A stretch of DNA of 64,000 nucleotides from NCBI GenBank assembly GCA_964291415.2, contig OZ219920.1:1408001-1472000 (forward strand). The letters are read 5' to 3'. The notes beneath the pieces were generated by a model. That model saw only the letters and a program-made list of their open reading frames with translations. It searched no databases and had not been told where the DNA came from. Positions 60,726 to 64,000 of this stretch are shown here, piece after piece. The position numbers and the translations under genes are program-made. Source of the DNA: Alphaproteobacteria bacterium. GTDB lineage: Bacteria; Pseudomonadota; Alphaproteobacteria; SP197. Numbering within the stretch: the stretch's first letter is position 1; the number at the start of each line of letters is the position of its first letter.

Positions 60726-61342
60726 TGGAGCCGCTCCTTCAGCGCCGCCACGGCATCGGTGGTCAGAACCAGCGTGTCGTGACGCAGGATGTCGTGGACG
60801 TTGATGCCGCATGACGGCAACACGTCGATCCCGGGAATATTGGAGGCGGCGCGCCGGAATCCGGCGTCAACCTCGCGGCCGTCGACGACGAGCGCATTGC
60901 TGATGCCCATCTCCTGAAGGCGGGACCTGAGATGGCCCGTCTTCGCCTGGCTGAGCCGGGTGCTGTCGACCACGACCAGCTTGCCCTCGCCCGCCTTGAG
61001 GGAGAGCGCCGTCTTCAGTCCCAGGGCGCGGACACGCCGGGGCAGCGCGTGGGCGTGACTGCGCGGCCGCGGTCCATGGGCCACGGCACCCCCGCGGAAG
61101 ATATTCGTCTTGCGGCTGCCATGGCGGGCGGTGCCGCCGCCCTTCTGGCGCCGGAACTTCGCCGTGGTCCCGATCACCTCGCCGGTCGTCCTGGTCATGT
61201 GGGTGCCCTGGCGCCGCCTGGCCAGTTGCCAGCGCACCACGCGGGCGAGAATGTCCGGTCTGACAGGAAGGCTGAACATCTCTTCAGGCAACTCGACATT
61301 GCCCTTCGCGCCATCCTCGAAGGAGTAGAGGTCGATCTTCAT
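60722..61342 (-). CDS. rplD: 50S ribosomal protein L4
   Basis: [23 protein letters not shown]. Confidence 0.97.
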   Translation of the reverse strand: MKIDLYSFEDGAKGNVELPEEMFSLPVRPDILARVVRWQLARRRQGTHMTRTTGEVIGTTAKFRRQKGGGTARHGSRKTNIFRGGAVAHGPRPRSHAHALPRRVRALGLKTALSLKAGEGKLVVVDSTRLSQAKTGHLRSRLQEMGISNALVVDGREVDAGFRRAASNIPGIDVLPSCGINVHDILRHDTLVLTTDAVAALKERLQ

Positions 61343-62040
61343 GACGTCTCGTCCGGGTGATCGTCATCGCTGACAAGGGCACCGGGAAAGGGAGCGTCGT
61401 CTCCAGGCGGAGCCTTCACCGCATCGCGGATCAGCACCCAGCCGGAGGGCGCACCCGGTACGGCGCCCTTCACCATGATGAGACCCTTGCCGGCGTCGGT
61501 CGAGACGACCTCGAGATTCTGCACCGTGACCTTCACGTCCCCCATGTGCCCGGCCATCTTCTTGCCCTTCCACACGCGGCCCGGGTCCTGGCTGTTGCCC
61601 GTGGAACCATGGGCGCGGTGGGAGACCGACACGCCGTGAGTGGCGCGCATGCCGCCGAAGTTATGTCGCTTCATGGCGCCGGCAAAGCCGCGGCCACGCG
61701 TCACTCCGGTGACATCGACCTTCTGGCCGGTCACGAAGTGATCGACCGACAGCATTGCCCCGACCGGCAACATGGCCTCATCGCTGACGCGGAACTCGAC
61801 AAGCTTGCGCAGCGGCTCGGTGCCGGCAGCGGCGAAATGCCCCCGGCGGGGCCGGTTGAGATGCCTGGCCTTCGCCTCTTCCGCGCCGATTTGCAGGGCC
61901 GTGTACCCATCGCGCTCAACGGATCGCCGGGCCACGACGCGGTTCGCACCGACCTCGAGAACGGTGACCGGGACGTGCCCGCCGTCAGGCGTGAATACCC
62001 TGCTCATTCCGAGCTTTCTGGCGATCATGCCGCAACGCAT
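61339..62040 (-). CDS. rplC: 50S ribosomal protein L3
   Basis: [28 protein letters not shown]. Confidence 0.98.
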   Translation of the reverse strand: MRCGMIARKLGMSRVFTPDGGHVPVTVLEVGANRVVARRSVERDGYTALQIGAEEAKARHLNRPRRGHFAAAGTEPLRKLVEFRVSDEAMLPVGAMLSVDHFVTGQKVDVTGVTRGRGFAGAMKRHNFGGMRATHGVSVSHRAHGSTGNSQDPGRVWKGKKMAGHMGDVKVTVQNLEVVSTDAGKGLIMVKGAVPGAPSGWVLIRDAVKAPPGDDAPFPGALVSDDDHPDETS

Positions 62041-62050
62041 GGCCTTCACC

Positions 62051-62359
62051 TCACAGCTTGATCTCGACATCGACGCCAGCCGCGAGGTCGAGCTTCATGA
62101 GTGCATCGACGGTCTGGGGTGTCGGTTCGACGATGTCGATAAGGCGTTTGTGGGTGCGGATCTCGAACTGTTCGCGCGACTCCTTGTCGATATGGGGACC
62201 TCTCAGGACGGTGAACTTCTCGATCCGTGTCGGTAGTGGAATGGGACCCTTGACCCGGGCGCCGGTGCGCCGCGCCGTGGAGACGATTTCGCTGGTCGAC
62301 TGATCGAGCAGGCGATGATCGAAGGCCCTGAGCCTGATCCTGATGTTCTGTCCCGCCAT
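62051..62359 (-). CDS. rpsJ: 30S ribosomal protein S10
   Basis: [23 protein letters not shown]. Confidence 0.98.
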   Translation of the reverse strand: MAGQNIRIRLRAFDHRLLDQSTSEIVSTARRTGARVKGPIPLPTRIEKFTVLRGPHIDKESREQFEIRTHKRLIDIVEPTPQTVDALMKLDLAAGVDVEIKL

Positions 62360-62383
62360 GGCCTTCGTCCCCTCGCCTCAACT

Positions 62384-63574
<1,191 letters not shown>

Positions 63575-63611
63575 GAGGTTGCCTCATCTGTCCTTTCAAG
63601 GTGTCTCGCAC

Positions 63612-64000
63612 TCAGGCGATATGGGCCCGCAGGTCTTCCGAGACCATGTCGGGCACGGGTTCATAAGAATTGAAATGCATGGTGAAGGTCGCCCGTCCCT
63701 GGCTCATCGAGCGCAGGTCGTTGACATACCCGAACATGGTGCCGAGCGGCACCCGGGCCCGCACCACCTGGGCATTGCCCCTGGGCTCGAGACCCTGAAT
63801 CTGCCCGCGACGGCTGTTGAGGTCGCCCATGACATCCCCCATGTGCTCCTCGGGTGTCACGACCTCGACCCGCATCACCGGCTCAAGCAGCCTCGGCGCC
63901 GCCGCGAGGGCACCCTCGCGGAACGCTGCGCGCGCCGCCACCTCGAAGGCCATGGCGCTGGAATCGACGGCATGGAAGGCGCCGTCATGGAGTGTCGCCC
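63612..64000 (-). CDS. fusA: Elongation factor G, C-terminal part (5' truncated by window edge)
   Basis: [36 protein letters not shown]. Directly upstream of tuf. Confidence 0.96.
   Translation of the reverse strand, partial: ATLHDGAFHAVDSSAMAFEVAARAAFREGALAAAPRLLEPVMRVEVVTPEEHMGDVMGDLNSRRGQIQGLEPRGNAQVVRARVPLGTMFGYVNDLRSMSQGRATFTMHFNSYEPVPDMVSEDLRAHIA

Overview
GC-rich bacterial chromosomal segment, most likely from an alphaproteobacterium (inferred from an EipB-like gene, DUF1491, ATP12, the rarA-crcB-rluA block, lipB/tRNA-Leu/mgtE synteny and an alpha operon lacking rpsD and rpmJ). 1-27 kb is a catabolic patchwork: hydantoinase B/SDR/GGT, an orphan PotD-like binding protein, a sugar ABC transporter whose ATPase gene is scrambled, and a divergent IclR-Gfo/Idh/MocA-IolD-like TPP enzyme-IlvD dehydratase-GMC operon, followed by rpmG and several oxidoreductases and hydrolases. 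27-41 kb holds dgcN-dgcA-ardC-putA, a DUF3883 nuclease, PLP enzymes, mgtE, tRNA-Leu(GAG) and a Fic gene. 41-64 kb is housekeeping: lipB, pccBA, rarA, and the S10-spc-alpha ribosomal cluster with tuf and the 3' end of fusA. The strongest unexplained structure is a pair of 56-bp imperfect direct repeats bracketing the Fic-wHTH gene. Each repeat contains a sigma70-like promoter overlapped by a 31-bp palindrome, and the downstream copy lies just upstream of the tRNA-Leu promoter. Also notable: an ArdC gene tightly embedded in a metabolic gene run, and a non-canonical IolD-like pathway. All calls come from reading motifs by eye; no searches were run. No CRISPR array, rRNA, integrase or transposase was seen.
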